From NCBI GenBank assembly GCA_000165425.1, contig CT868163.1:434001-498000 (forward strand): DNA of 64,000 nucleotides. Reading direction: 5' to 3'. The notes beneath the pieces are model-generated. The model saw nothing but the letters and a program-made list of their open reading frames with translations, was not told where the DNA came from and made no database searches. How positions within the stretch are numbered: position 1 is the first letter of the stretch; each line of letters begins with the position of its first letter. This stretch comes from Paramecium tetraurelia. Lineage: Eukaryota. A program made the position numbers and the translations under genes. Below are positions 41,728 through 54,370 of the stretch, one piece after another.

Positions 41728-43464
41728 TTATTATAATTTATAATATTTATCAATTTGCTCATTTGAGTTGTTTGAAATCTCTCATTATTAATTTTATTTA
41801 ATTGAGTCATTTTCAAGATTTTCATTTGTTGATGTTTTAAAATTTCACCAAAAAAAGTATTTTATATCTCAATTTTAACATTTTAATTTTAATCATTGCT
41901 ACCTTCAATTACATCAATTAATTCAAATTTTGTGTGATTATTCACCCTTATCTACATATCACATCTATTACTAACAAATTACAATTTATTGAAGTAGTCC
42001 TAGTACTATTACAATTCAAATTAAAAACCTGATGATTTAGTTATTTTCACACTTATTTCCTAGTTGAATTAGATTGAATTTATAATTTAAACTCTCTATC
42101 CCACACTTATTGCTTCATATTGTAATGGATCATTTATGTATACAATAATATCTTTGAGTTCTGTAATTTTCGATTTCCTCTCATCGAAGTAATTTAAACT
42201 ATCCATAACTGTTATCCAAAAACACAAGTTAGAATTTCTAAGCTGTTGCAATTCTTCTTCATTTTCAGTTTCAGAATTAAACAATAAAGCTTTTCGTTAA
42301 TTTTTTTGATTTACTTTAATTAGGTAAGATTTAGAAACAATAAAGACATCAATACACGGGATGGTTCCGTTTCTCAAACTCTTGAGCGATCGTATGAAAT
42401 ACTTTTATTATTATTTTCCTAATTTGCTATTTATTTAAGCCTTTTTAATAGAATTAATTTTAGTAGTAACCAACAATTTAGTAAAAGGATATTATGTAAT
42501 TATTTTAACCTATATGATACAATAACTATACATTAGACGTATTAAATATAATAGGATACTCCTTTAAATTTGTTACATGCAATTTTTGCCCAATCTTGAT
42601 CCTATTGTATATCTAATCAAAACTTTATTCACAAACAAAAAACAACGAATACCATCCATCTGATAATTCTAAAATCCTCCTACTTTAACATTATTCAACA
42701 CCGACAACTAATAAAATCATGTGCTAATTTAGAGATTAATCATTCGTCCAAATCTCTTGAATTATAGTTCGACTTTATAATCTATATTAAATAAAATATC
42801 GATATTCTAATTCTAAAATTATCTTTTAATCTGTGTAGTTGTTTTTTGATTATAATTTCCAAAAAATTAGCTTTGCTTATTGAAAAAGCCAATCCTTTTC
42901 AACATCGTATTACTTAAAATATTCTTTAATTAATTTCCAGTCTAAGTTTTCAGGTATTATTTGTAACCTACAAAATGAACTTTATTTCAATACAGAATTC
43001 TTCATTAATTGTTTTGATAATTCACAAAATTTTTCTCCAATTAAACACTTTGGTAATTTGCTAATTTTCGAAAGTAAAATGGCATTCATCTGAAAAATCT
43101 CATTATAATTATTAGGTTCTTTTTTTTTTATTGGAGTAATTATTTCCTTCTTTATTTCATCTGCCATAATTACTGTTTAATAGGAGATTTTCTTTTCTGA
43201 AAGTGAATCCCTTGGGGTTTTACTCAAAAATTTAAATCCCTGTTCAGCAAATTTACTAGGATGGTACAGTTAATTGTTAATTTTAATGGCTTCTTTAGAA
43301 AGAGAATTAAGTAAATTTAAATCATTTTTTGTTGGTTTATTTTCTGAATTTGATATTTCTTCTTCTTCTGATAGATCTTCAAATTATATAATGATCTTAT
43401 TGTATTTTTCATTTTCAACTAGCTATATTTTTTAATTTTTTCCTGTTTAAAACCCGCTAATCAT
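41724..43464 (-). CDS. BRCA2: Compact BRCA2 homologue (one BRC-like repeat, helical domain, OB folds), ~572 aa
   Basis: SGFQTGKNQKIQL...QFEDL; DWLFQQAKLIFWKL..KIILELEYRY; HMILLVVG..LELSDGWYS; RIKIGQKL; INSIKKAQINSKLG; IPCIDVFIVSK; YEAISVGQRVQI; one 22-nt intron. Confidence 0.8.
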
Positions 43465-44107
43465 TTAGTAAATAATTTATATTTTAATTAAACAACTATA
43501 ATTCTTAACAATATTATTATTTTAAGAACTTTTTGATTTTAAACCTAAAATTAAGTTCAAATGTTTCATTTCAATCTTTTTAATTCCATTTTAGATTTAT
43601 CACACACAAATGATGGTATTCTATTTACTTTATTTTTAATGTGATAAATTTTCATTTTTATCGAGATTCAGATTCAGATATTCTATTTCTATTAAAGAGA
43701 GATTATAGAACAAAATAACGAAAATCAAGAAATTAACAATTAATCTTCATAATCACTTAATGAAATCAATTATTACTTTAATTTATATCATCTAAACTTA
43801 TTGTTAGACAAAATCAAAAATAAATTAAATATAAAATCAGAGATGCAACTTGATAATCTTTAAGAAAACAATAATCTAAATTGAGTGAACTATTAAATTA
43901 CAATTAGATATATCATTTGAGTTTTAAAACAATTTATCAATTTCGGGTACAATTTGAGAAGTTCTTAATTGAATTTAGGCATATAAATGTTTATTTAACA
44001 CTAATTCATCAATATAAAACGAATTCTAAAGGACTAAATATCTTACTTTCTGCAAGAATTTTAGAATATTAAAAAGTTGAATTATATAAATTTTAAAATT
44101 GGATAAT

Positions 44108-45753
44108 ATGTTAAAAATTATTGATAAGAATCTTTATTTAAAAGTAGAACATTTAATCATATCATTCTGTATTTTTGGTATTTTTCAATTATTGGCTGCC
44201 TAATTTTTGGATTAATTGATATATACATAATTCGATTCTGTAATTGTTATTTCTATATAGTTCAAGGTAAATTATGAATAATTTAATTATGTAAATTTAA
44301 TATCACTATTAATAGCTGATCGATGAACTAAAAATGCATGAAACAAACAGTTTATTTAGATAAAAGCAGGAAACGCTAATTGAAAAATTATGTTAGTAAG
44401 AAATAATTATGGAAAAAGTGTTCATCTATTAACACAAGAGTAAATAATTCAAGTTCTAGGAAATGTATATATATGATAATGTCATCGTTGTCAAGAATGT
44501 ATATTATGAATTAAGCAAATGTTACCATGAGATCAAATTAACAAAGACTAAGAATTGCGAAGGACTTTATTTGATCGTCTTGTTTAATAATTAAGGAAAG
44601 GAATTTATTATAGCAAATAATGAAGAACAAATGAAGAGGATTCAAGTTCTCCTGAAAAGATTTTGCATAAACAAGAATTATTTTGGAAAGTATTAATTAT
44701 TACAAAGGAGTTGCCTACCCATATCTTAAGCTATCAAAGTATGATTTATTATTATATTAGAATAATAGTGAGGAACATTGCACTTAAGTTTATGAAAAAA
44801 GGCTTCTAAAGGATCCCAAAGAGTTCCAAATATTTCACAATTCAATTACTATAATGCACACCTTAAAAACAAAGCATAGCACCCCAAAACTATATGAGGA
44901 CAATTATAAATATTATATCCTAGGGGAAAAGATGAAGCTACAATCATTAGAGAACTTGCTATTGAATGGATTCGATTTCCAAGAGGTGCCGTTCGTATCA
45001 ATAATATTTATGATCTTGCAAAATTTATAGAAGTACTAACAAAGAAACATTTATCATGGAAATATCAATCTTTCATCTATTTTCATCAATGTTGAGAATG
45101 AAACTTTAGAAATAGTTATACTTTATCCAAGATATTTAGAGGATAGCGATTTTACTATTGAAAACGATCTTTATAACTTGGGAATATTAATATATCAAAT
45201 TACATTTTATACAATGTCAAATAGAATTAATTAACATGTTGATTTGGATTTGATTGATAGAATTCATAATTTGATGGCTGATTAGAATTACAAAGAAAAC
45301 AAATACCCATATTTGTATAGAGTGAGTTAATTAGATCTCATAAGATAATTGTTATAACCGAACATCAGTTTATGTAGAGCTATAAAGCATCAATGGTTTG
45401 TTACTATATAGTAAAATATCAAACATTAGCAAATTCATTAATAGTTAAATCCAATTTTCTTGCCAACTATTGTAGAGATCAACGATTCTTTGATAAATTC
45501 TCCTCATGTCAAAGAGGGGAGAATAGTAAATTTCAATAATTAATAATTCTTGCAAGATCAAGGTAATTCTTATTGGTATTTATGATTGGTAGATCCTGAA
45601 GAGTATTAACTAATCAAATGCTAGATTGTGAATACGATAAGGATGATTCCTTCTAAAAGGAAACATGATGAAGTAAGCCAATGTGTGGTTCATAATTCTA
45701 TAGTAAAAAGAACTTCTCTGACTGAAATTACAAAATCAACCACTGTAAAATGA
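44108..45753 (+). CDS. PH-like domain plus CAMK-like pseudokinase (start may be ATG 44334)
   Basis: Kinase-fold remnants PKLYEDNYKYYIL, NIYHGNINLSSIFI, NDLYNLGILIY, AIKHQWF; no GxGxxG, HRD or DFG. Confidence 0.62.
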
Positions 45754-45844
45754 TTATCTTTCTATTGGGACAATTATGATTAAATCATAAGAGTTTTTAA
45801 CATAATTTAATCTAAATATTACTATTTATTTTTATTAAACTTTA

Positions 45845-48427
45845 ATGCAAAACTAGCTCAGGTTTAGAAGAAAATGCAAATCGATGAGGAATTTAAATCA
45901 AGAATCTATAATCGATTAAATCAACAGCCCGAGAGATTAGGAAATCAGTTTATTCGAATTTAAAAGGTTTTGCGTTTTATTGTAAAAATAAAGATAAAAG
46001 GATAAAGCATTGAAATAATAATAGAAGAGAGAACATCTAAGGAACTTGATGGCGAAGAAATTCAGATTGATTTACAATGTAATTAGGCTGCTTCATCATC
46101 ACGAAAGAGTAATTTTGGAAAGACATGATGAAGGACTCAAAAAGAAATCTGCTTTTCTTATATTTCCAGTAAGCTATGAATTCAACTAGGGTGATCCATC
46201 TAGGAGGATTTGGGATATTATCTTACTGATTACCTATATTCAAACAGCAATTTATTTACCTTTGAGAATAGCATTCATGGATAAAGGGTCATCTGGAGTT
46301 TACTAATTAGACCTAATAAACGACATTATCTATTGTATTGAGTATCAATCGATTTATATAGTTACAGACATGCTTTGTATACTGAGATCTTGTTACTATA
46401 ATAGATAAAACGTATTAGTTTAAAATTAATGGTTTATATTTTTAAATTACTTGAAGGGTTGGCTCATTCCAGACATCATAACTCTTATTCCCTTGGATTC
46501 TATTTACAAGTAATTAGTGGTTAAATAGTTAGTTTACATGTTTAATATCATAAATTCCCAAGACTCCTTAGAATATTTAGAATCAACCGTATATTCAAAG
46601 TGTCCACTTTTCATAAAAAAAAAAAGTAATTATTTAATGTTAATAGTTTTTGTTACTAGTAATTGGGAAAATGTTTTTAATATATTTAACTCTTATTAAT
46701 TGAACATCATCAAGATTATAGTGAAATTCATCTATGGTTTACATCTTTTCTCTTGTCTTTGGTATCTTGCTTCAAATATCAATGATAATCAATACGAGAC
46801 AGATCAAGATTACAAAGGACTATTAAATTAGAATTCAGAATACATCGGTTGTTTATTTTGGGCTTTACAAACATTTTCAACTATTGGCTATGGAAATGAT
46901 GCAGCTAAGAATTATGCTTAATATATTGTGGCTATATTGTGGATGTTTCTGGGTGCTTCATTTTATTGTGTGATATTGCTTAATCTCTCAGAATGGCTAA
47001 AAAAACTTAATTCAGAATGCGTGTATGTAGAAATGTAAAATACTCTGAAGCTGTTTTTCAAGAAGATTGATGTCATTAAAGAAGTGCAGACGAAGATTCA
47101 ATTGTATTTAGCATTGAACATAAAATAAAATTAAGCATGGTCTCTAAGCTTGTAAGAATGGTTTCAAAATTTACCAACAATTAGGCAAAAGGAAATTACT
47201 CTCTATGTCTCATATATCGAAATTATGTAGATTCATTTTTTTCGACTTAATCTCAATTTTTCTGTATCCATTTTACCAAAGATGATGCTTATGAAAACTT
47301 AACAAAATTGTAAAATCTGGATTAAAGATGAGGTTGTTAATGAAATTTACTTTCTAATTAGAGGTAAATTACAATATAGAACTCAATTTGGAAAAGTACT
47401 CTTACAAATAAATGAAGGATCAGTTTTTGGAGAGCAAGAGTACTTCAAAAAACTCATGCTTTCAAAATAACACACCAGAAAAAACTATGCTGTTGCCATT
47501 GAATTGTGTGAATACATTATTTTGAATGGAGATTATTTCTTTTAATAGATGAGTTCGTTTCCAGCCTTACGTTAATATTTAGCAATCATAGCTCACAATA
47601 GAGAACAAAGGATGAAGGCTTAAATCATCTATAACCGATTTGAAAGGGAGAGGGAGATTATGAATACCTTAAAACTGGAAAAAATCAAGGAAACTTGCAA
47701 TATTGATGTAACAAGATACGAAGGAATGATTAAACCTCAAAAATCGATTATATATGATACACAACACTCAAGAACTTAGTAAATTTTAGAATAGTTAATT
47801 CACAATAGGAGAAATAAAATTGATAAACTTATGTAGTAATTTAAAAAAGTTGTTCAGATGATAATTTTTGCGAATAAATTAATTGAGAAACAGTCATTTA
47901 ACGTTAGTAAAGTGCATCCATTAATGATATTTCAATAATAGCAATAAACCTAAACAACTTTGAAAACACAATCGAATGAATCCAGAGTATTTATTTCGCA
48001 ATAACAATAATAATTCATTAATTAAAATTACTAGAATCAAAATACTAAAAAAATTGAAAAAAGCATTATAATTAAAATGAAATAATTTAGTAATGCAAGC
48101 TACAGAAAACGAAAATAATAAATAAGTAAGAAAATATGGATCCACAATTAATGCAAAAAGTATGTCCTACAATAAATGTTCAGAGTCAAATATTCAAGAC
48201 ATTAAATTCAAAATACTTACAGCTTCCAAGATTATGTTATAGAAGTTGATGATTTTTCACATTATGAAAGATAATTGAAGATCTTCAGAACTAATTTTCA
48301 AGACCTTAAGAAAATGAAAAAATAACTAAAACAAAATAAAGAATTATTGAAAATTCAAATTGATGATTTTGAAAAAGAACTACTTAATGTGTATACTTAA
48401 ATTGAAAAACTAGAATTAAAAGCTTGA
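45845..48427 (+). CDS. Six-TM CNBD-family voltage-gated K+ channel
   Basis: RIWDIILL..IYLPLRIAF, S4 PRLLRIFRINRIFK, pore LFWALQTFSTIGYGN, CNBD EIYFLIRG..GSVFGE. Confidence 0.92.
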
Positions 48428-48709
48428 TATTTAAATTTATGTTTCTCGATTTTCATTCTAACTTATATTATAAACTTATATTTAATTTCACACATGAAAA
48501 TATAGGAAAGTATTTATCTACTTAAAATTGATGATATTGAATAATAATTAAAAGTCTCAGAATAATGATTTACATATACATAATAGAATGAGTTTATCAG
48601 TTTTACTTGGGTTACAACAACAATATTTACGGTTACTAAAAATCAGAAAGATATAATGATAAATTGAATGGAGTATATTTTATGAGGTTATATATATTTC
48701 TATCTTTAT

Positions 48710-49919
48710 TCATTCTTAAACTTCTTATCCATCTTATAAATCCTATATTTCATCATTCTATTTGTCAAAATTTAGCGTTTAAATTTCTTGATAATTTTAG
48801 TTTTCTTAATTTAGATCTTAATTTTCTCGTTAATGTGTTTCATCATGAGAATTTTATTGGATATTTTTAATTTCATCTTAATTATTTATCTCTTACTCCT
48901 ATTGTTCTTATTATTTATTTTCCATTTCTTCATGTTTCTCTTATTTTGATTCTATAATTTCCTATTAGTTTTCTTCTTGTTAATTTTGATGAGACGTTAT
49001 TTAGTTGTTTTAATTTGTACTTTAAGCTTTATCTTCAGAAAATTAAGGTTTTTCAATCAATTCATTAACGATTTTGGCAACCTCATCCTGATAAGGCTCA
49101 TAAGGTTAAAAATCAGATTCAAATATACTTCTATAAAAATATTGTTGAATTGCTTACTTTTACTAGAAGTCTTAAGGAAATAGTAGCTATTTATACTCTA
49201 GATTATAGTCTTATCTAATTCTTTGTCTTAATGAATATATAATAGTTTGTACTTGGTTTATTGACTTTTGCTTTAAACGAGAGGATCCAGTTTCTTATTG
49301 ATTTGGCTATCTCTTTCTAAGAGATTATATTTTGTAAAAATACTCTGCATTTGGGTTTCACTAATCCTAGAGTTGGTCCAGTATTGAACAAGAGTTTTGG
49401 TTGGCTTCAAATCCTTATAGGGATATTCTGAGATGCTGGCAATATGTTTTTCAACGCATTTTCTTTCTTCATTCCAATCTTTAACGTTATATTGAGACTT
49501 CTAATCTTATATTCTCTTCAAGAGTTATTAATTTTCCATGACAATTTTTATCAATTCCTTTTTCCTATGATCTTTATTTAGAGACCTCTTTGGAACAACA
49601 TTCAAAGAACTCGACTTATTGATTGGAAGAGTAGTAATAGAGTTATCTGGAAATGAAATAAAAAAAAAGTACTTGCTGATTGTTACCTGATATTAGTTAA
49701 TTTGGATATGAGATTTTAATTTTCTCTGTCTATTTCTTGTTACTTTTGCAGTTTAATAGCTTCCTTAATTGCTTTATTTTTTAGAAAGTTGTATTATTTA
49801 GGTGCACTTGTGTTGATTTGTGGTCTCATGTTTAAGAGGTGTTGATTCAATATTACTTGATTTTAAAAAATTTCCTTAGTGGCACAGATTTTATTTCCGA
49901 TTGGAATATTTCGATTCAT
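48710..49919 (-). CDS. CFAP97/KIAA1430 (Hemingway)-like ciliary protein with acidic Q/E-rich tail
   Basis: HLLNMRPQINTSAP..EIDRENQNLISKL..SLNKDHRKKELIKIVMENQQLLKRI..SQYNVKDW. Confidence 0.7.
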
Positions 49920-50347
49920 TTTATTATATTTTAATATATTTACAAATATTAATTCTATCGTTACCACAATTGTACTAAAATTTTATGTTATTATTTACAT
50001 TTCTTGTCTTTGACTAGTGATGATAATAGGGTTCTCATTAATTTAAATTGATGACTCCAAAAGAAGGAGATATTTATAATTGATATGTGTAATGAACCAT
50101 TGAAAAGAGATTGAGCAATAGAGGAAGTGAGTAATGAATAACAGAAAGAATAATTAATTTTGTGAAGCATATTGAATGCAAAATAAATAGGGATATTAAT
50201 TTGTATTATTATTAATTGAAATTACTTGATATTTTAGATTATCTTCAATTAGTATTGATATCAATTGAATGATGTAGTGCATAGCTTAGTAGATATGATG
50301 TTTAGCGAGCCATATAACGTTTCAAATAAAATAAATATATTTTTAAA

Positions 50348-52389
50348 ATGATCAAGAAATTATCTTTAAACTTTATCTCCTCTGAACTTGAATACTCCTT
50401 TAAGAAATGGGTTATTGAACAGAATTAATTCATTTATGAGACCACTCTTGCCACAATATCAGTTTATCTTTTAATCAATCTAATCAATTACAATAACGAT
50501 GTCATTTGCATCATTACAACTTCAATCAGTCTGTGTATTGAATTGACGATACTTTTTTTCTATTAGAAATATCCTTTGTAAAGGGAATAAATTCAAAGTT
50601 TGAATCTCATCATCTACGCCATTACAATTGATATTTATATGATTTAAAATCAAGCTCAAGATACCGTCACAGAAATGGGGATGCTGAAATACAGTATGCA
50701 ATCTAATATTATAGAGAAGTATTGTATCTATAAGGGAATCGATTTAGAAGCCAAACTTTGCTTTTTTTTCTCAGTTATGGAGTGGAGGTGTCAATCTCCG
50801 ATTGGAATGTGGTTCCACAAATAGTTCATGGTTTGTTTAGACTCTTCGTCATTTTCTGTCGTTACTAGGTCGAAATGAAAAGAAGATAACATTATTTGGC
50901 ATATAGATCTTAGATTTAATATGAAAATTTAATTGAAGAACAATTGCCAACTTGGGTAGTCTTGATTAAACATGACAAGTAATAGGGTCAATTGAAGATC
51001 GACAAAATTAATAAAGTAATGAGAGAGACCTTTAACATAGTGTCTGATCAAAAATTCAGAGAGTTTCTGAGAGATTCAAATATCTTGCCTTTGGAAAGAC
51101 AACCTAAGAAACAATTTAATTTCGAAGAGCTTTTGATGGAAGACTTGCTTGTAAAATAGTAATCGAATCAAATTAAAAAATTTGAGGGCTGTTTTATAAA
51201 CAATCAAAAAAAATGGTAATTTTAAATCACCAAAATCTACTTCAATTCAATAGAACCAACAATATTACTGTTATTTATAGAATAAGGAGGCAACCAATAT
51301 GAGTACTATAATCATCAGCTCAAGTGGAGAGATCAATAATTAGTCAATCACAGCAAACAATGTCTTAATTATATTAAAGATTAAATCAACATTCTCAAAT
51401 TCATCAAGTTTCAATCAAATGCTGATTAATTGTTTCACCTAACCAATTAAATCTGCAATAGTTATATTCTATTCAACCAAAGTTTAAACATACATAATAT
51501 TACTTAGATTACATACAATAAATTAAAATATAAAATCAATGAATTTAAATTAAATGATTTAGTGAATCAATTGAAGGAGGATCTCAGATTTACTAATAAC
51601 CAATTAAAATTGAATATCATCTTGAAAACAGATAGATCGAAAATGATATCCATTATCTTAAGTATAACTGAGTTCATCAAAATCATGTTGGCCATCATAA
51701 ACAACGATGAAAAACAATTGTATGACTGTCATCCTTCAGGACATCCGATCTAGATCAAATTCAAAAGAATCTAAAACAAGCCTGGATACTTGAAGATTAT
51801 TATGAAACATCAACTCCTCAAAATACCACTTTAGATTTAGGAGGCTTTGTCAAAAGCTTCTTCTTACACTGATCATAAGAAAAGGAATTGGGGTGTCAAT
51901 CATTATTATGAGAACATTTAAAATTTAAGCGATCAGATTCATGATTTGAATTTGAAAACTCAGAAAGTTACAAAGAGCCAAATATCCATCCAGGACCCTG
52001 ATTCAACTTTATAACAACAACCCAAAGGAATAAATTTGAAAGGGAGTGCAGAGCCGTTTAGTACTTTAGGCTTGCCGTTAGCTTAATACTTGATCAGTTA
52101 AATAGGACCCAATAATCAAATCAGTTTTAAAGACATTTAATAATAAAATATGGGGGATTCTTTGTCCTTTCGAAATTCAACTCCATAAACCAAGATCAGT
52201 TTTGTAATTTATGAAGATTTGAATGATTTTATATATCAATTGAATGAGCAAGAACCCAACCCCTATTTAGACTGCTTTTGTTCAAATGAAGTCTAGCAAT
52301 CAACTTTTAAGACATTCCATAGTTTATCTCCTTCACATAAACCAAAAAGAGGAAGCTTGTAATCATTAATAAATACTCAATTGAATTGA
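50348..52389 (+). CDS. Multi-pass membrane protein with degenerate sensor-histidine-kinase-like C-terminus
   Basis: N-terminal TM helices, PAS-like segment (EEQLPTWVVLIK), then LKTDRSKMISIIL and STLGLPLAQYLISQIGP, resembling eroded N- and G2-boxes. Confidence 0.6.
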
Positions 52390-52406
52390 ATATAATTTAA
52401 TTAATT

Positions 52407-52927
52407 ATGCTAAATTATTAGATTTTAATAGTATACTCAATAATATATTGTTCTTACTCAGTATAAATACCAATTGAAGAAGTGAGCATCACAACTTATA
52501 AAGAGTCCGGATTTAAATTGACTAATTCAAAAATCCTTATAAATAGCAACGATAATATAAAAGGTTTGATTGATGATGATGATTTAAATTTTTTGCATTT
52601 AGAATTTCATGATGTTAAAGTGCAACAACCAAAGAAAAAAGTGGGAGGTATACTAGAATAGTTTTGGAATGATGCTAAGATGGTTCCAATCAAATTGAAA
52701 AATTCATTAGAATTTATGTTTATATTTGATTTAATAATTTTAGTGAAATAGACCTCAAAAAACCCAAAAATGCTTAAGTTCTGGTGAATGAATTAAATAA
52801 CAATATTTGGTCAATTTTAATATACTTGAAAAATAGTTCGGATGTAATGGAGATTAAGTTTAAAATTCCATAGAACCATGATAATGAGTAGTTTGCAAAG
52901 CTGAGAGTACTTCTTGATTTTATTTGA
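52407..52927 (+). CDS. Hypothetical secreted protein (signal-peptide-like N-terminus)
   Basis: MLNYQILIVYSIIYCSYS; one GT..AG intron; TGA at 52925-52927. Confidence 0.55.
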
Positions 52928-52969
52928 AATAAGTATTATAATAATTGTGCGCAATGGATAATAACTAAA

Positions 52970-53274
52970 TCAATAGGGGGCTGAGAACCCTTAAGGAGCC
53001 AAACCACTATTAGGATCTGTTCCTTTGGGTCTTCTGAAAAGTAAAATGTGTGGTTCAGGTCTATGACACTCATAATGAATCCAACCTCTGGATTGTTGAA
53101 CGCCTAGATTTCTCCATTCCATTTCGCTCAAGAGTTTTCCTAGAGTTATTGATCTTTCGTGTTACCTTTGGTGATCTTTTTGAAAATATGCTTGGGGAGG
53201 ATTACATGTCTGTATTCGTAGTAATCATCTTGATATTTGTCCGAATATTCGATATCTTCTGGATAGTGTGGCAT
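52970..53274 (-). CDS. CKS1: Cyclin-dependent kinase regulatory subunit Cks1/Suc1
   Basis: [57 protein letters not shown]; one 26-nt intron. Confidence 0.97.
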
Positions 53275-53356
53275 CAAATAGTAGTTAGATAAATTAAAAT
53301 TTAAAATAATAACTGCTTATGTTTTGGAATTTGGTAATATTTTTAATGTTGATAAA

Positions 53357-54341
53357 TCACCTTCTAATGGCCAAAAGTGCTAGAGACATTATAGATGATA
53401 GGCCGAAAAATAATGAATAAGCTTAATGAGTTTACGGTGTTGGTAGAGGCTTATCGAAGTTGTCTTTGGTGGCTGGGATAGGATACAAATTGGCAGATTC
53501 TTCATCATACTCTTGCACCAATCTTTCAATATAGGCAGAAGAGCTATCGGTCTATATTAATATAGCATATTCTCATACCAAATTGAATGACCTGTATAGT
53601 CTAGACATGAACCATAAGTCTATGTAATTGTAAACACCCTCTCTTGGCCAATTTCGACGTCCTTTTAAGATGTCTTCCTCTTCTCCTCTTCTGACCATAC
53701 CAACGAACTCAACAAAGGGCATTTAATAATCTTCTTCCATATTTAAAATATTTCTATTGAACCCTGTCAATTAATCATCATCTTCATTGTGTGGAACATT
53801 CTCATAAGTCTTAATGATATATGAAAGATCTATACAGTAGTACCAATGGGTTCTTGTCCCATTTGGATATCACTAATGTTGTCTTTTGGTACCCAGCCCA
53901 AATTAACCATCACTTAAGATTTAGTGGTTTGTTCTGGATCCTATTCAGTATCATTAAATTGCAAGGCTGTTACAAAAGGAGCAAAGACAAGAAAACCATC
54001 TCTGCCTTCTCTTTCTCTTCTAACGAAAAATCTTTCATCCTATCATAGTTATATCAATAGAGTACTCTGAAATATCCGTATAATTTGACTAATTTGTATT
54101 CCCAATCCCTAAGATTACGAGCCCAGGGATATCTATTTGCATTTAATCCATTTATTGTTACAGGTTTCCATTCAGTGATTTCATTTTCAACCTTTTCGTA
54201 TAATTATTTCTATTGAGCACCTCTCCATTGATGCCATGCACATCCATAGGCTCCACCAAAGAAGACACCATAAGCCAATAATTTGATTATTCCATTACTT
54301 TGTCTTTGAGCAAAAGAGTTAAATACTTGTGTTGAAAGCAT
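53357..54341 (-). CDS. SURF1: SURF1/Shy1-family cytochrome c oxidase assembly factor
   Basis: N-terminal TM plus WHQWR, WEYKLVKLYGYF, GFLVFAPF, VMVNLGWVP, VGMVRRGE, C-terminal HQAYSLFFGLSS TM segment. Confidence 0.8.
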
Positions 54342-54370
54342 AAAAGATTGAAAATTAATATTTTAATAAA

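Noticed and set aside
42968..42993. Intron-like 26-nt GTA..TAG segment inside BRCA2
   Set aside because: Splicing it would create an immediate TGA, while the unspliced frame runs into the conserved helical domain, so it is treated as coding.
5793..53274. A cell-cycle/DNA-repair gene cluster (MDC1-like, SAS-4, Myb, Sin3, Cdc14, BRCA2, Cks1)
   Set aside because: The genes are scattered among ~40 unrelated ones on both strands with no shared motif seen; enrichment cannot be claimed without a genome-wide test.
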